Origin: Acidobacteriota bacterium
GTDB lineage: Bacteria > Acidobacteriota > Terriglobia > Terriglobales > SCQP01
Length of the DNA stretch: 64,000 nucleotides
NCBI GenBank assembly: GCA_027459505.1
Contig: DAIDIE010000018.1
Span: 19,571-83,570 of the forward strand
Direction: 5' to 3'
The translations under genes were made by a program, and so were the position numbers. Numbering within the stretch: the stretch's first letter is position 1; each line of letters opens with the position of its first letter. Below the pieces are notes generated by a model. The model was not told the origin of the DNA, searched no databases, and saw nothing but the letters and a program-made list of their open reading frames with translations. Shown here piece after piece: positions 39,716-49,460 of this stretch.

Positions 39716-40807
39716 TCAGAAGGCACGTCTCTTTTTCTGTGGCGCATCGGACTGGTGCATGCGCTCTAAAAGCAAGCGCAGTTGCTGCCCGTGGCCGGCG
39801 CCGGGCAAATTGCCGGAGGCCAGGTCGCCGTACTTCTCCAGGCGGCGGCGGAGGTTGGTAATGGTGAACCGCGATGGGTCAAGGGAACGAGTGAGCTCTT
39901 TCCACTGCAGCGGAGTCGAGACGGTTGCGCCGGGATAGGCGCGTGGTGAATAGGGCGGCGGAATCGTTTTGCCGGGAGCGTTCTGGCGGAAGTCGAGGAA
40001 GACGCGGTCGCGAGGCCTGTCAGCGACGGACCAGACATCAGTGGTCAGATCCGGGACTTCGGCGGCGGCCAGACGCAGCACGATTTCCGCAAAGCGTGAG
40101 CTCTGGGCGAAGCTATGCCCGGGAGCGAGTGGGAGCAGAATATGCATTCCCGTGGCGCCCGAGGTTTTTGGAAAGCCGAGGATCTCGTATTTTTCCAGAA
40201 CGCGGCGGATGGCCTGGGCGACGCGGACCACCTTATCGAAGCCGGCGTCAGGCCCGGGATCAAGATCGAGCAGCACGAAATCCGGCTGATCGGGAGTTGC
40301 GGCGCGGCTCATCCAGACGTTGTGGTCAATGCAACCGAGGTTCACCAGGTAGAGCAGAGTCGGGCAGTCGTTGCACAAGACGTAGTTGATGTAGGTGCGC
40401 TCGCCCTTGCTGGGGAGGGGTGCGGTGCGCACCCAAGGGGGCATGTGCTCACCGGCCTCTTTCTGGAAGAACCACGGGCGATCGATACCTTGCGGGAAGC
40501 GCTTGAGGGTGGCGGGCCGGTTTAAAAGGTGCGGCAGCATGAACTCAGCGACGTCGTGAGAATAGTCCAGCAGGTCCCGTTTGGTATGGCCGGATGAGGG
40601 GAAGTAGACTTTGTCGAGGTTGGAGAGCTTCACGGCGACTGTGTCGACGGTGACCTCGCCATTCACCGCGTCGCGGGGAAGCGGTAATGGCCCAAGCAGG
40701 CGCTGGCCGGGAGCACCGCGTTTGGCGCTGTCACGGCGCTGCGAAGCGGTGGGCTGCCAGTCCGCGCGCACGACGGTGTGTTTGGACTTGGGCTTGGGAT
40801 CCGCCAT
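39716..40807 (-). CDS. ligD: Stand-alone LigD polymerase/primase domain (NHEJ)
   Basis: LSNLDKVYFP, TKRDL, RFPQGI, FFQKE, LDLDPG, KTSGATGMH, DFRQN, PYSPRA. Confidence 0.92.
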   Translation of the reverse strand: MADPKPKSKHTVVRADWQPTASQRRDSAKRGAPGQRLLGPLPLPRDAVNGEVTVDTVAVKLSNLDKVYFPSSGHTKRDLLDYSHDVAEFMLPHLLNRPATLKRFPQGIDRPWFFQKEAGEHMPPWVRTAPLPSKGERTYINYVLCNDCPTLLYLVNLGCIDHNVWMSRAATPDQPDFVLLDLDPGPDAGFDKVVRVAQAIRRVLEKYEILGFPKTSGATGMHILLPLAPGHSFAQSSRFAEIVLRLAAAEVPDLTTDVWSVADRPRDRVFLDFRQNAPGKTIPPPYSPRAYPGATVSTPLQWKELTRSLDPSRFTITNLRRRLEKYGDLASGNLPGAGHGQQLRLLLERMHQSDAPQKKRRAF

Positions 40808-40869
40808 AAGGCCGCTTTCTCCGGTGGCTATCGTATCTCACGAGTCCAGCGCCGCCAGGGATTTGTCAT

Positions 40870-42765
40870 TCACTTCGTTGCCGGTAGTTCGCGAATGCAT
40901 TCCCTGGGGTTCTTGTCGATGCGGAGCCCCAGAAAAACGGGGGCTCGCAACTTGTTGTCGTTGGTCCACTCCAGAAATTTCACTTCCGCCACCAGTTCCG
41001 GCTTGACCCAGTGGACGCCGTTCCGTGGCGCGGTTCCCACAACATCATCTGGACGCTGGGGAAGGTGGGTCAATTGCGGCAAGATGTTTTTGCGAGTGCG
41101 CGTATCAAAGCCGGTGCCCACCTTTCCGGCATAAACAAAGCGCTTCGAGTCCGGCTCGAACACGCCAAGCAGAAGCGAGCCGAACTGGGTACGCGAGCCC
41201 TGGGGATCGGTGTAGCCGAGGATGGCGACCTCCTGTGACTGACTAATCTTGATTTTGAGCCAGTTGCGCGAGCGCTTCTCCTCATAGCGGGAGTTTTCGC
41301 GTTTGGCGACGATGCCTTCCAAGCCTTGCGCGCGGGCCACCTGGAACAGGCCGCGGCCATCCTCCTGAATATGATCGGAGTAGCGCAGGGCGGCGCCCGT
41401 GGTCAGGATGGAGCGCAAGCGTTCCTTGCGTTGAAGGAGGGGGCGGCCGCGGAGGTCCTCGCCATCGAGAAAGAGCAGGTCAAAGGCGTAGTAGAGCACG
41501 GGATAGAGCTTGCGCGCGCGCTCCACGTCTTTGGGACCGGACAGGTTCATACGCTGCTGCAATTTGCTGAAACTGGAATGGCCCGCCTCATCGAGGACGA
41601 CAATTTCGCCGTCGAGAATAGCGTTCGTGGCGTGCACCGCATCCGGCAGCGCGTGGAGCTCCGGGTACTGGGCGGTCAGGTCGAGACCGCGCCGGCTGGA
41701 GAAACGCAGGCTTCCATTTTCTATGTAGGCTAGGGCGCGAATTCCGTCCCACTTGATTTCAAAGAGCCATTCTGGGGAGGAGAATGGTTCGTCGATCAGG
41801 GTGGCCAGCATGGGCTGGGTAATAGCAGGCAGCGGTGCGCGAGCGTGGCGGGCGCGAGCGGCAGCGGATGGGTTAAGCTCGGTCCGGGCATTCTGGTGTG
41901 GCGCCGGCCTGGAGGGGCGGGGCGCGGCGGCTGTAACCCCATCCGGGGCAAGCTGACCAGGAGCGGAAGTACCAGCCACGGCGCGCAGGCGGGGACGCGG
42001 CAGGGGCTCGGGTTGCCGCTGGTCACTGAGGGGCGGCTTACGTGAGTGGGCGGCCGTTTTCACCGCCTTCGCCGACTTTGTACTTCGGGTTTTACTCCTG
42101 GGCGCTGGTTCCTTCATGGCGCCAGATGCATCGCGATTGCTACCCCAGGTGGGAGCTACTGCGCGCAGCTGTGGGGTTGCCATTTGTTTCAACGTGTGTC
42201 CGGAGATCACCGAGGCGGGATGGCGCTCGGCGGTGTCGCCGAGCACCGCGGCATTATCCGCCTTCTTGAACAAAAGCCACTCGTTGCCGCGGCTGTTCGG
42301 GTCGCGGGAGTGCATATGGGCGAGGGCGAACTCGCCATGCAGCTTCTTGCCCTTCAGGCGGAATTTGAGAGAACCACGTTCGAGCTGTTGCACAGGAGGT
42401 GTCTCTCCGAGGGTTTCATAAGTACCCAAATCCCAGACGATCACTTCGCCAGCGCCATAATTGCCATCCGGGATAATGCCCTCGAAGGTGAGGTAATCGA
42501 CGGGGTGGTCTTCCACCTGCATGGCCAAGCGCTTTACTTCCGGATCGAGTGTAGGGCCTTTGGGGACCGCCCAGGATTTCAGCACGCCTTCCATTTCCAA
42601 ACGGAAGTCATAGTGCAAGTGTGAGGCGCGGTGCTGCTGCACGCAAAAGCGGCGTTCGACAGCGGGTTTGACCAGGTGGGGGCGTTTGGGAGCGGCTTGT
42701 TTGGCGCCGCTCGGCTCGGGCGTCTGGTCAAAATGGCGCTTGGCTTTGTACTCCTTCAGTGACAC
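40870..42765 (-). CDS. ligD: LigD 3'-phosphoesterase plus ATP-dependent ligase
   Basis: KRHFDQTPEP, HRASHLHYDFRLE, SWAVPKGP, EDHP (PE domain); FEIKWDGIR, DGEIV, AFDLL, EGIVAK, WLKIK, GKVGTGF (ligase). Confidence 0.93.
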   Translation of the reverse strand: MSLKEYKAKRHFDQTPEPSGAKQAAPKRPHLVKPAVERRFCVQQHRASHLHYDFRLEMEGVLKSWAVPKGPTLDPEVKRLAMQVEDHPVDYLTFEGIIPDGNYGAGEVIVWDLGTYETLGETPPVQQLERGSLKFRLKGKKLHGEFALAHMHSRDPNSRGNEWLLFKKADNAAVLGDTAERHPASVISGHTLKQMATPQLRAVAPTWGSNRDASGAMKEPAPRSKTRSTKSAKAVKTAAHSRKPPLSDQRQPEPLPRPRLRAVAGTSAPGQLAPDGVTAAAPRPSRPAPHQNARTELNPSAAARARHARAPLPAITQPMLATLIDEPFSSPEWLFEIKWDGIRALAYIENGSLRFSSRRGLDLTAQYPELHALPDAVHATNAILDGEIVVLDEAGHSSFSKLQQRMNLSGPKDVERARKLYPVLYYAFDLLFLDGEDLRGRPLLQRKERLRSILTTGAALRYSDHIQEDGRGLFQVARAQGLEGIVAKRENSRYEEKRSRNWLKIKISQSQEVAILGYTDPQGSRTQFGSLLLGVFEPDSKRFVYAGKVGTGFDTRTRKNILPQLTHLPQRPDDVVGTAPRNGVHWVKPELVAEVKFLEWTNDNKLRAPVFLGLRIDKNPRECIRELPATK

Positions 42766-42964
42766 GAATGCTCCTGGTGAACCGCACATTTCACAAGTTG
42801 GAGTGTACCTTTGCTTTTGGATGCCCTGTGGCAGCCTGCGCGCCTCCTGATCACGTTCAGGTTAATTTTGGGGCGGGCAAGTGAACGATGATCCACTCTG
42901 GTTCCACTAAGGCTGGGTGAGGACGAATCCTTCTCGCAGGCGCGACTGGGCATCTCACTTGACC

Positions 42965-43906
42965 ATGGCAAGCGTTTGGAGCGGGTATCTCACCTTTGGG
43001 CTGGTTACGTTACCAGTGCGGCTTTACTCGGGAGCACGAGGGCAGCGCATCGGGTTCCATATGCTACACGCAACCGATCATGCGCGCTTGCGGCAGCAGA
43101 TGGTATGCGAGCTGGATGGTGAGGTGGTGCCGCGGAGCGAGACGGTTCGCGGGTACGAGTACGCCAAGGGTGAGTACGTGGTGGTCAGCGACGAGGAGAT
43201 CAAGGCGGCCGCTCCGCACACGGAAAAGCAACTCGAGATTGTGGAGTTCTGCAAAGGAGGGGAAATCGATCCGATCTGGTACGAGTCCTCCTATTACCTG
43301 CTTCCCGAGGCGGCGGGGCGGCGCCCGTACGCACTGCTGCAGCGCGCGATGGAAGAATCCGGTTACGTGGCGGTGGCAAAGCTGGCGATGCACAATCGCG
43401 AGTCGATTGCGTTGGTGCGGGCGGGCACGGTTCGCGAAGCGGAAGAACAAGATGGAAAGCCGGAGAAGGGGAGCCGGCGCGGGTTGATCCTGCACACGTT
43501 GTACTACCACGACGAGATTCGTCTGGCAGAGGGTTTTGGGGCGAGCAGCGATGTTGCGGTAAGCGAGGCGGAGTTGCGGCTGGCAGAACAGCTGATCAAA
43601 GGGCTGGCCGCGCCCTTTCACCCCGCGCAGTTCGAAGATCACTACCGCAAGAATCTGGAAGAGGTCATTGAGGCGAAGCTGCACGGGAAGACTCCAGCGC
43701 GGAAGGAGGTAGCGCCGAAGCTGGCGCCAGTGACCGACCTGATGGAGAGCTTGAAGCGAAGTCTGGAGGCAATGCCAGCGAAGGCTGCCACTCCCCAGGC
43801 GGGGACGCACGCGCGCGCGAGCGCTTCCGAGCCCTCCGCAGGACATAAGAAGCCGCCGCGGGCGGCGGCGCACGGGGCCAAGAGCCGGAAGAAGAGTGCC
43901 TCGTAA
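42965..43906 (+). CDS. ku: Ku protein (NHEJ)
   Basis: VWSGYLTFGLVTLPV, GYEYAKG, YYLLPE, YALLQRAM, DHYR, DLMESLKRSL, basic tail. Confidence 0.95.
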   Translation: MASVWSGYLTFGLVTLPVRLYSGARGQRIGFHMLHATDHARLRQQMVCELDGEVVPRSETVRGYEYAKGEYVVVSDEEIKAAAPHTEKQLEIVEFCKGGEIDPIWYESSYYLLPEAAGRRPYALLQRAMEESGYVAVAKLAMHNRESIALVRAGTVREAEEQDGKPEKGSRRGLILHTLYYHDEIRLAEGFGASSDVAVSEAELRLAEQLIKGLAAPFHPAQFEDHYRKNLEEVIEAKLHGKTPARKEVAPKLAPVTDLMESLKRSLEAMPAKAATPQAGTHARASASEPSAGHKKPPRAAAHGAKSRKKSAS

Positions 43907-44098
43907 TTGCGCTGCTGGAAGAGTGTGTTGTGGCGGTCGAGTTTGGAACTCACCACTGCGTGCGCGGATGGCTGGCGCGGCTTCCTGGCCATTGGCCGGG
44001 CGAAAGGTCCTCTGTCACAGGGGAAGGCGAGGAAGATTAAAACGCCTCAAGTTTTCCATCCGGCTGCCGATTGACCTACAGTGACAATCGGAGCCGGC

Positions 44099-46123
44099 AT
44101 GCGGGAGCGGATTTCTACCTCACGAATTCTGTTGGTTGACGACGATCCGGTGGCGGCCGAGGCGCTGGGACAGGTGTTGCAGCAGGCCGGTTTCAACAAT
44201 CTGGTGATGGTGGAAGATCCGCGGCTGGCGGTCAACTCCTGTCAACAGCAGAGCCCGGATCTGATTCTGCTCGATCTGCACATGCCGCATCTGGACGGTT
44301 TTGGATTGCTGGCCGAGTTGCAGCCGTGGCTGCAGGGACCGGTGCCCGCCGTGGTGATCATGCTGACGGCGGACGCTTCGCGGGAAGCCAAGGAGCGGGC
44401 GCTGCAGTCGGGCGTGCGCGATTTTCTGGCCAAGCCGGTGGATCCGGTCGAGTCGCTGCTGCGGATTCGCAATCTGCTGGAGATGCGAGTGCTGGCGCTG
44501 GAACTGCAGCAGCGCAATCGCGAACTGGAGTTGGAAGTGCATGACCGCACCTCCGACTTGCGCGCATCGGTGGTCCGGCTGCGTCAGACGCAGAGCGACC
44601 TGGAGACCTCAGAACGTCATTATCGTCTGCTGTTCGAGCAGAACAGCGCGGGCGCCTTCCGCTGCACTTTAGACGGGAGTTTGCTGGACTACAATGAAGC
44701 GCTCTTGCGCATTGCCGGCCGCACTCCACGGGCGTCAGTCCCCGCCACCCTGCAGGATCTGGGCATGGCGCAAGTGCTGGAGGAGCTGAAGACGCGCGAG
44801 CGGGTGGAGAGTCTGGAGTGCCGCTTGCCCAAGCCGGAGGGAGCGACCGCCACCGTACTCATTAACGCGGTGCGCGTGCCGGGCAGCGCCAGCTACCCCG
44901 CCGCGGTACACGGGACAGTGGTTGACATCAGCGCGCTGCGGCAGTTGCAGGAAGAGCTGCGGCAGGCGCAAAAAATGGAGGCGTTGGGGCGGCTGGCCGC
45001 TGGTGTCACCCACGATTTCAACAATCTGCTGACCATCATTTCGGGCTACAGCGATTTACTGCTGCAGCGCCATGCGGGCGACGATCGCAGCCAGTCTCAT
45101 TTGCTGGAGATCCGCAAAGCGGTGGATCGGGCGCTTGGGGTGACGCGGCAATTATTGACCTTCAGCCGGCAGCAGCCCGTGACCCCGCAGATACTGCACC
45201 TCAATACCTGCGTGAAAAACCTGCAGTCGCGGGTGCAGCGTATTGCGGGCACCTCGGTGGAGGTGCTGCTGGTGCTGGAGCCCACGCTGCCAGCCATTCT
45301 AGCCGAGCCGTCCGGCTTGGATCAGTTGCTGCTGAATCTGGTGAGTAATGCGCGTGAGGCGATGCCGCATGGCGGCCGGCTGGTGATTGAAACGGCGCTG
45401 ACGAACATCAATTCCGCGAGTCATGGAGTAGCACCGGGCAGCTATGTTTCCCTGGCGGTGAGTGACACGGGAGTGGGGATTGCGGCGGACGTGCTGCCGC
45501 ATATCTTTGAGCCGTTTTTCACGACCAAGAAAGAGATTCGCAGCGCGGGGCTGGGGCTGGCGACCAGCTACGGCATTGTGCAGCAATGCGGGGGCTTTAT
45601 TCAGGTGGAGAGCGAACCGGGGCAGGGGAGCCGTTTCCAGGTGCTGTTCCCGCTGGCTGAGACCAGGGGACAAGCGGAGCCCGGGAGCCTGGCCGTGGTG
45701 GCGCCACCGCGGCCGGCAACGGAGACAATTCTGCTGGTGGAAGACGAAGACGCCTTACGAGCGCTGGCGGCGCGTCTGCTGGAGACGGAGGGCTACACAG
45801 TTCTAGCGGCCTCCAACGCAGACGAGGCGCTGGAACTCTGCGAGCGGCAGCCGGTTCCTTTGCATTTATTGCTGACCGATCTGGTCATGCCGGGCATGAA
45901 TGGGAGGGAACTGGCCAAAGCGGTAGGGCAGCGGCATCCGGAGACGCGAACGCTGTTCATGTCGGGTTACGCCAACAACATTGTCCTCCATCGCGGAGGC
46001 GAAAGCGGCGGGCGCTTTTTCCTGCAGAAGCCGTTTACCGGCGAGGTGCTGACACGCAAGGTGCGCGAGGTGCTGGACATGCTGCCGGAGCCGGTGATGG
46101 GCGCGCGTAACGCGGGATCGTAG
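44099..46123 (+). CDS. Hybrid sensor kinase (REC-PAS-HisKA-HATPase-REC)
   Basis: LLDLHMP, QAQKMEALGRLAAGVTHDFNNLL, FEPFFTTK, GLGL, LLTDLVMPG. Confidence 0.92.
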   Translation: MRERISTSRILLVDDDPVAAEALGQVLQQAGFNNLVMVEDPRLAVNSCQQQSPDLILLDLHMPHLDGFGLLAELQPWLQGPVPAVVIMLTADASREAKERALQSGVRDFLAKPVDPVESLLRIRNLLEMRVLALELQQRNRELELEVHDRTSDLRASVVRLRQTQSDLETSERHYRLLFEQNSAGAFRCTLDGSLLDYNEALLRIAGRTPRASVPATLQDLGMAQVLEELKTRERVESLECRLPKPEGATATVLINAVRVPGSASYPAAVHGTVVDISALRQLQEELRQAQKMEALGRLAAGVTHDFNNLLTIISGYSDLLLQRHAGDDRSQSHLLEIRKAVDRALGVTRQLLTFSRQQPVTPQILHLNTCVKNLQSRVQRIAGTSVEVLLVLEPTLPAILAEPSGLDQLLLNLVSNAREAMPHGGRLVIETALTNINSASHGVAPGSYVSLAVSDTGVGIAADVLPHIFEPFFTTKKEIRSAGLGLATSYGIVQQCGGFIQVESEPGQGSRFQVLFPLAETRGQAEPGSLAVVAPPRPATETILLVEDEDALRALAARLLETEGYTVLAASNADEALELCERQPVPLHLLLTDLVMPGMNGRELAKAVGQRHPETRTLFMSGYANNIVLHRGGESGGRFFLQKPFTGEVLTRKVREVLDMLPEPVMGARNAGS

Positions 46124-46125
46124 AA

Positions 46126-46157
46126 GTTTCAGATCGCGACTGTTTCAGATCGCGACT
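46126..46157. repeat. Perfect 16-bp tandem duplication GTTTCAGATCGCGACT
   Basis: 46126-46141 and 46142-46157, spanning the ribB stop codon. Confidence 0.85.
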
Positions 46158-47326
46158 TGCCCCACAATCTCCAATCCATAGCCTTGTAGCGCCGCTACCT
46201 TACGAGGGTGGTTGGTGAGCAGACGGATCTTGCCTACGCCGAGATCGGAAAGAATCTGCGCGCCCACGCCGGTTTGGCGCTGCACGACACGCTCGTGATC
46301 GCCGGGGCGGGGAGCGCCACTTTCGGTATGAGTGATCTGGCCCTCGTGGACGGTGTACCCGGGGGTGTTCTGATGCAGGTAGACCAGGACGCCCTCTCCT
46401 TCGCTGGCAATGCGTTGCAGAGCGCCGCGGAGCGAGCGCTGGCAATCACAGAAGGAGCCGCCCAGCACGCCACCCAGCACGCAATGCGTCTGCACACGGA
46501 CCAGGGTTGGCTTTTCAGGCGATGGCTGCCCCATGACCAGGGCAGTGTGATACTCATTGTCGAGCACATTGTGGAAAGCAATGGCGCGGAAGTGGCCCTC
46601 GGCAGTCTGCAGGCTAGTCTCGCCAATGCGGTGCACATAGCGCTCATGCGCCAGGCGGTAGCGGATCAGGTCCGCCACGGTAATCATCTTCAACTGATGT
46701 TGAGAGCAGAAGGCGATCAGGTCGGGCACGCGCGACATGGTGCCGTCCTCATTCATGATCTCGCAGATGATACCGGCAGGCTGGTAGCCGGCGAGGCGGG
46801 CCAGGTCGACGGCGGCCTCGGTCTGTCCGGCGCGGGCTAGAACGCCTCCGCTGCGGGCAGACAAGGGAAAGATGTGGCCAGGGCGGGCAAGATCCTCGGG
46901 GCGGGCAAGGGGGTCGACCAGCTTGCGGATGGTGAGGGCGCGGTCGGCGGCGGAGATACCGGTCGAAACACCTTCCATCGCGTCCACCGATTCGCAGAAG
47001 GCGGTGCCGAAGTTGGAAGTGTTTTCCCGGGTCATTAAAGATATCTGCAACTGTTGCAGGCGGTCCTCGGTGAGCGGCACGCAGACCAGGCCGCGGCCGT
47101 GGCGGGCCATGAAGTTGATCATCTCCGGGGTAACGGTTTCGGCCACAGCGGTCAGATCGCCTTCGTTTTCGCGGTCGGCGTCATCGACAACGACAATCAT
47201 GCGGCCGGCACGCAACTCCTGCAGCGCCTCTGGAATGGAAGCAAAAGGGGGCTGAGGCTGCTGTCCGGCAGCGGAACGCAGAGTGGCGGCGCTGGCCGCG
47301 GACAGATCGGCTGGGGAGTGGGTCAT
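46145..47326 (-). CDS. ribB: DHBP synthase fused to a GTP-cyclohydrolase-II-like domain
   Basis: DDADRENEGD, GISAADR, RPGHIFPL, GQTEAAVDL, ICEI; C-terminal domain has GAQIL and RLLTN but lacks EGRG. Confidence 0.92.
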   Translation of the reverse strand: MTHSPADLSAASAATLRSAAGQQPQPPFASIPEALQELRAGRMIVVVDDADRENEGDLTAVAETVTPEMINFMARHGRGLVCVPLTEDRLQQLQISLMTRENTSNFGTAFCESVDAMEGVSTGISAADRALTIRKLVDPLARPEDLARPGHIFPLSARSGGVLARAGQTEAAVDLARLAGYQPAGIICEIMNEDGTMSRVPDLIAFCSQHQLKMITVADLIRYRLAHERYVHRIGETSLQTAEGHFRAIAFHNVLDNEYHTALVMGQPSPEKPTLVRVQTHCVLGGVLGGSFCDCQRSLRGALQRIASEGEGVLVYLHQNTPGYTVHEGQITHTESGAPRPGDHERVVQRQTGVGAQILSDLGVGKIRLLTNHPRKVAALQGYGLEIVGQVAI

Positions 47327-47640
47327 AGAATGATTTTAGTTTAGATGCTGGCCTCAGCCGATCAAGCGATGCATCCGCCGTGGCATCGTAGCGGAAGGTT
47401 TGCGATTGGGTTGGGATTTTGAGGGGTTGAGGCGATTTGGGAAGGGAAAATGCCGGCCAGGCGAGGGTGCCGCCGCAGTGGGTTCCGTCTGCGATCAAGC
47501 GCAGCGGCGGGCTGTTGTGAGATGCGGAGACAAACGGAACGGCGTTCGACACGGCAGCGGTAGATCAATAACCGCAGATTCGGGCTTGGATGTCCGTGTG
47601 CGGAACGCGTTCCGGTGAATTCAACGCGAGCGGCGCAGCT

Positions 47641-48060
47641 TTAAAGATCGGTGGTAATGGCCTCGAGTTGTTCGCGCAGCTGGTTGGAGAGCTGGCCCAA
47701 TTCCTGCTGATGCAGGGCGGAGAGGCGGCCCAACAACTCTTCTCCTTTATCGGCAAGGGTGACTTGAACGGTGCGGCGGTCTTCCTGGCCGGGGGTGCGG
47801 TGCACCAGATGCTGTTTTTGCGCGCGGGTAATCAGGGCTACTGCGCCGTGATGGCTGATCTGCAGGCGCTCGGCAATTTCGGTCACATAGGCCCACTCCC
47901 GCCCTGGCATGCCTTTAATAGTGAGAAGCAGTTGGTACTGCTGCGGAGAGAGGCCCGCTTTACGAGCGGCATTTTCGCTGAAGCGCAAAAAGCGGCGCAT
48001 GGCGTAGCGGAAGGCGGCGAGGTTTTCGATCTGGGTCTTGCTGATCAAACGGGGCCTCAT
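47641..48060 (-). CDS. MarR-family transcriptional regulator
   Basis: GLSPQQYQLLL, EIAERL, EDRRTVQVTL..KG. Confidence 0.88.
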   Translation of the reverse strand: MRPRLISKTQIENLAAFRYAMRRFLRFSENAARKAGLSPQQYQLLLTIKGMPGREWAYVTEIAERLQISHHGAVALITRAQKQHLVHRTPGQEDRRTVQVTLADKGEELLGRLSALHQQELGQLSNQLREQLEAITTDL

Positions 48061-48227
48061 GTGTACTGACAGGCCATTATGTTCCATTCCGGCGAAAACG
48101 CATATTGCCGCCCACGCGAGCCATGCCTGGCGCTGCTTGCTATGTCTTTGGCCGCCTAGCGCGAGAGATTGCAGGAGTCGTCTATGCTTGAAATGTGCCT
48201 GCCGACATGCCCATTCCGCCAATGCCC

Positions 48228-49460
48228 ATGAGCCAAGGTCCCGTAGCGCTGGATAGGTTCAAGGAAGAGCTCGCCGGACTTCAGAACGACGAGCGGGTGC
48301 AGGGTCTATTGGGGCAGTTTTCGCGCTGGGAGCCGTGGATCCGCCAGCAGCAAATGGACGTGACCCGCATCGCCGCGCCAACCGGGTTGGAGGGTTTGCG
48401 CGCGGAATGGATCTTGCGGCAGATGCGGGGGTTGGGCTATGAGCAGTGCGGCATTGATGAGGTGGGCAACGCCTGGGCTCTGACCAGTGCCGAGAGTGGT
48501 CCGGTTGTGCTGGTGTCAGCGCACATGGACACGGTCTTTCCGCCGCGTACGGAGTTGGAGCCGCGGCGGGTGAACGGGCTTCTGCTGGCACCCGGCATTT
48601 CGGACAATGGCGCAGGCCTGGCGGCGCTGCTGGCCATGTTGCGCGCATGCAAGGAGAGCGAGGTGAGGCCCGCCCGTCCGGTCCTGCTGGTTGCCAACGT
48701 GGGCGAAGAGGGCGAGGGCGATCTCAAAGGGATGCGCTACTTGTTCGAGCGCAGCCCATGGCGGGACCGCATTGAGTGCTCATTGGTGATTGACGGTCCG
48801 GGACTGGAGCAGGTGACGACACGCGCGCTGGGGAGCCGGAGGCTGCAGGTTACGTTTCGCGGCAAGGGCGGGCATAGTTGGTCGGACGCCGGAGCTGCCA
48901 ATCCCATTCACGCGCTAGGCCGCGCCGTTGCCAATTTGGCGGAGGCGCCGCTGGTCAGTTCCGAGCATGGGGTGCGTGCCGCAACCGCCATCACAATGGT
49001 GGAAGGTGGGACGTCGGTAAATACGATTCCCGCCGCGGCGTCGATGAAGCTGGACTTGCGGGCCATTGACAGTGAGGCTCTGCAAATATGCGTACAGCAG
49101 GCGCAGCAGGCGGTCTCGGCCGCCCTGGAGGAGGAAAACCGCGGCGCACGCAGCGGACGGATTGAAGCGCAACTGCAGGTGATTGGGGACCGGCCGGCGG
49201 GCGAAGTTGCCGCCGGCAGCCGTTTGCTGCAGGCACTTCGCACGGTCGATGAAAGCCTGGGCATCCGTGCACAGTTCCAGATGGCGTCAACGGACGCTAA
49301 TATTCCTCTATCCATGGGCCGGGAAGCGATCCGGTTGGGAGCTGGGGGGCGGGGCGGAGGAGCGCATACGCTGGAGGAGTGGTTTGACGCCAGCGGGCGG
49401 GAACTGGGCTTGAAACGGCTTCTGCTTCTTATCCTGCTCCTTAGCGGAACCCATGTCTGA
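48228..49460 (+). CDS. M20/M25/M40 metallo-hydrolase
   Basis: SAHMDTVF, PGISDN, GEEG, GGHS, STDAN, AHTLEE; start uncertain. Confidence 0.9.
   Translation: MSQGPVALDRFKEELAGLQNDERVQGLLGQFSRWEPWIRQQQMDVTRIAAPTGLEGLRAEWILRQMRGLGYEQCGIDEVGNAWALTSAESGPVVLVSAHMDTVFPPRTELEPRRVNGLLLAPGISDNGAGLAALLAMLRACKESEVRPARPVLLVANVGEEGEGDLKGMRYLFERSPWRDRIECSLVIDGPGLEQVTTRALGSRRLQVTFRGKGGHSWSDAGAANPIHALGRAVANLAEAPLVSSEHGVRAATAITMVEGGTSVNTIPAAASMKLDLRAIDSEALQICVQQAQQAVSAALEEENRGARSGRIEAQLQVIGDRPAGEVAAGSRLLQALRTVDESLGIRAQFQMASTDANIPLSMGREAIRLGAGGRGGGAHTLEEWFDASGRELGLKRLLLLILLLSGTHV

Noticed and set aside
47330..47640. FMN riboswitch upstream of ribB
   Set aside because: None of the conserved RFN motifs is visible on the minus strand
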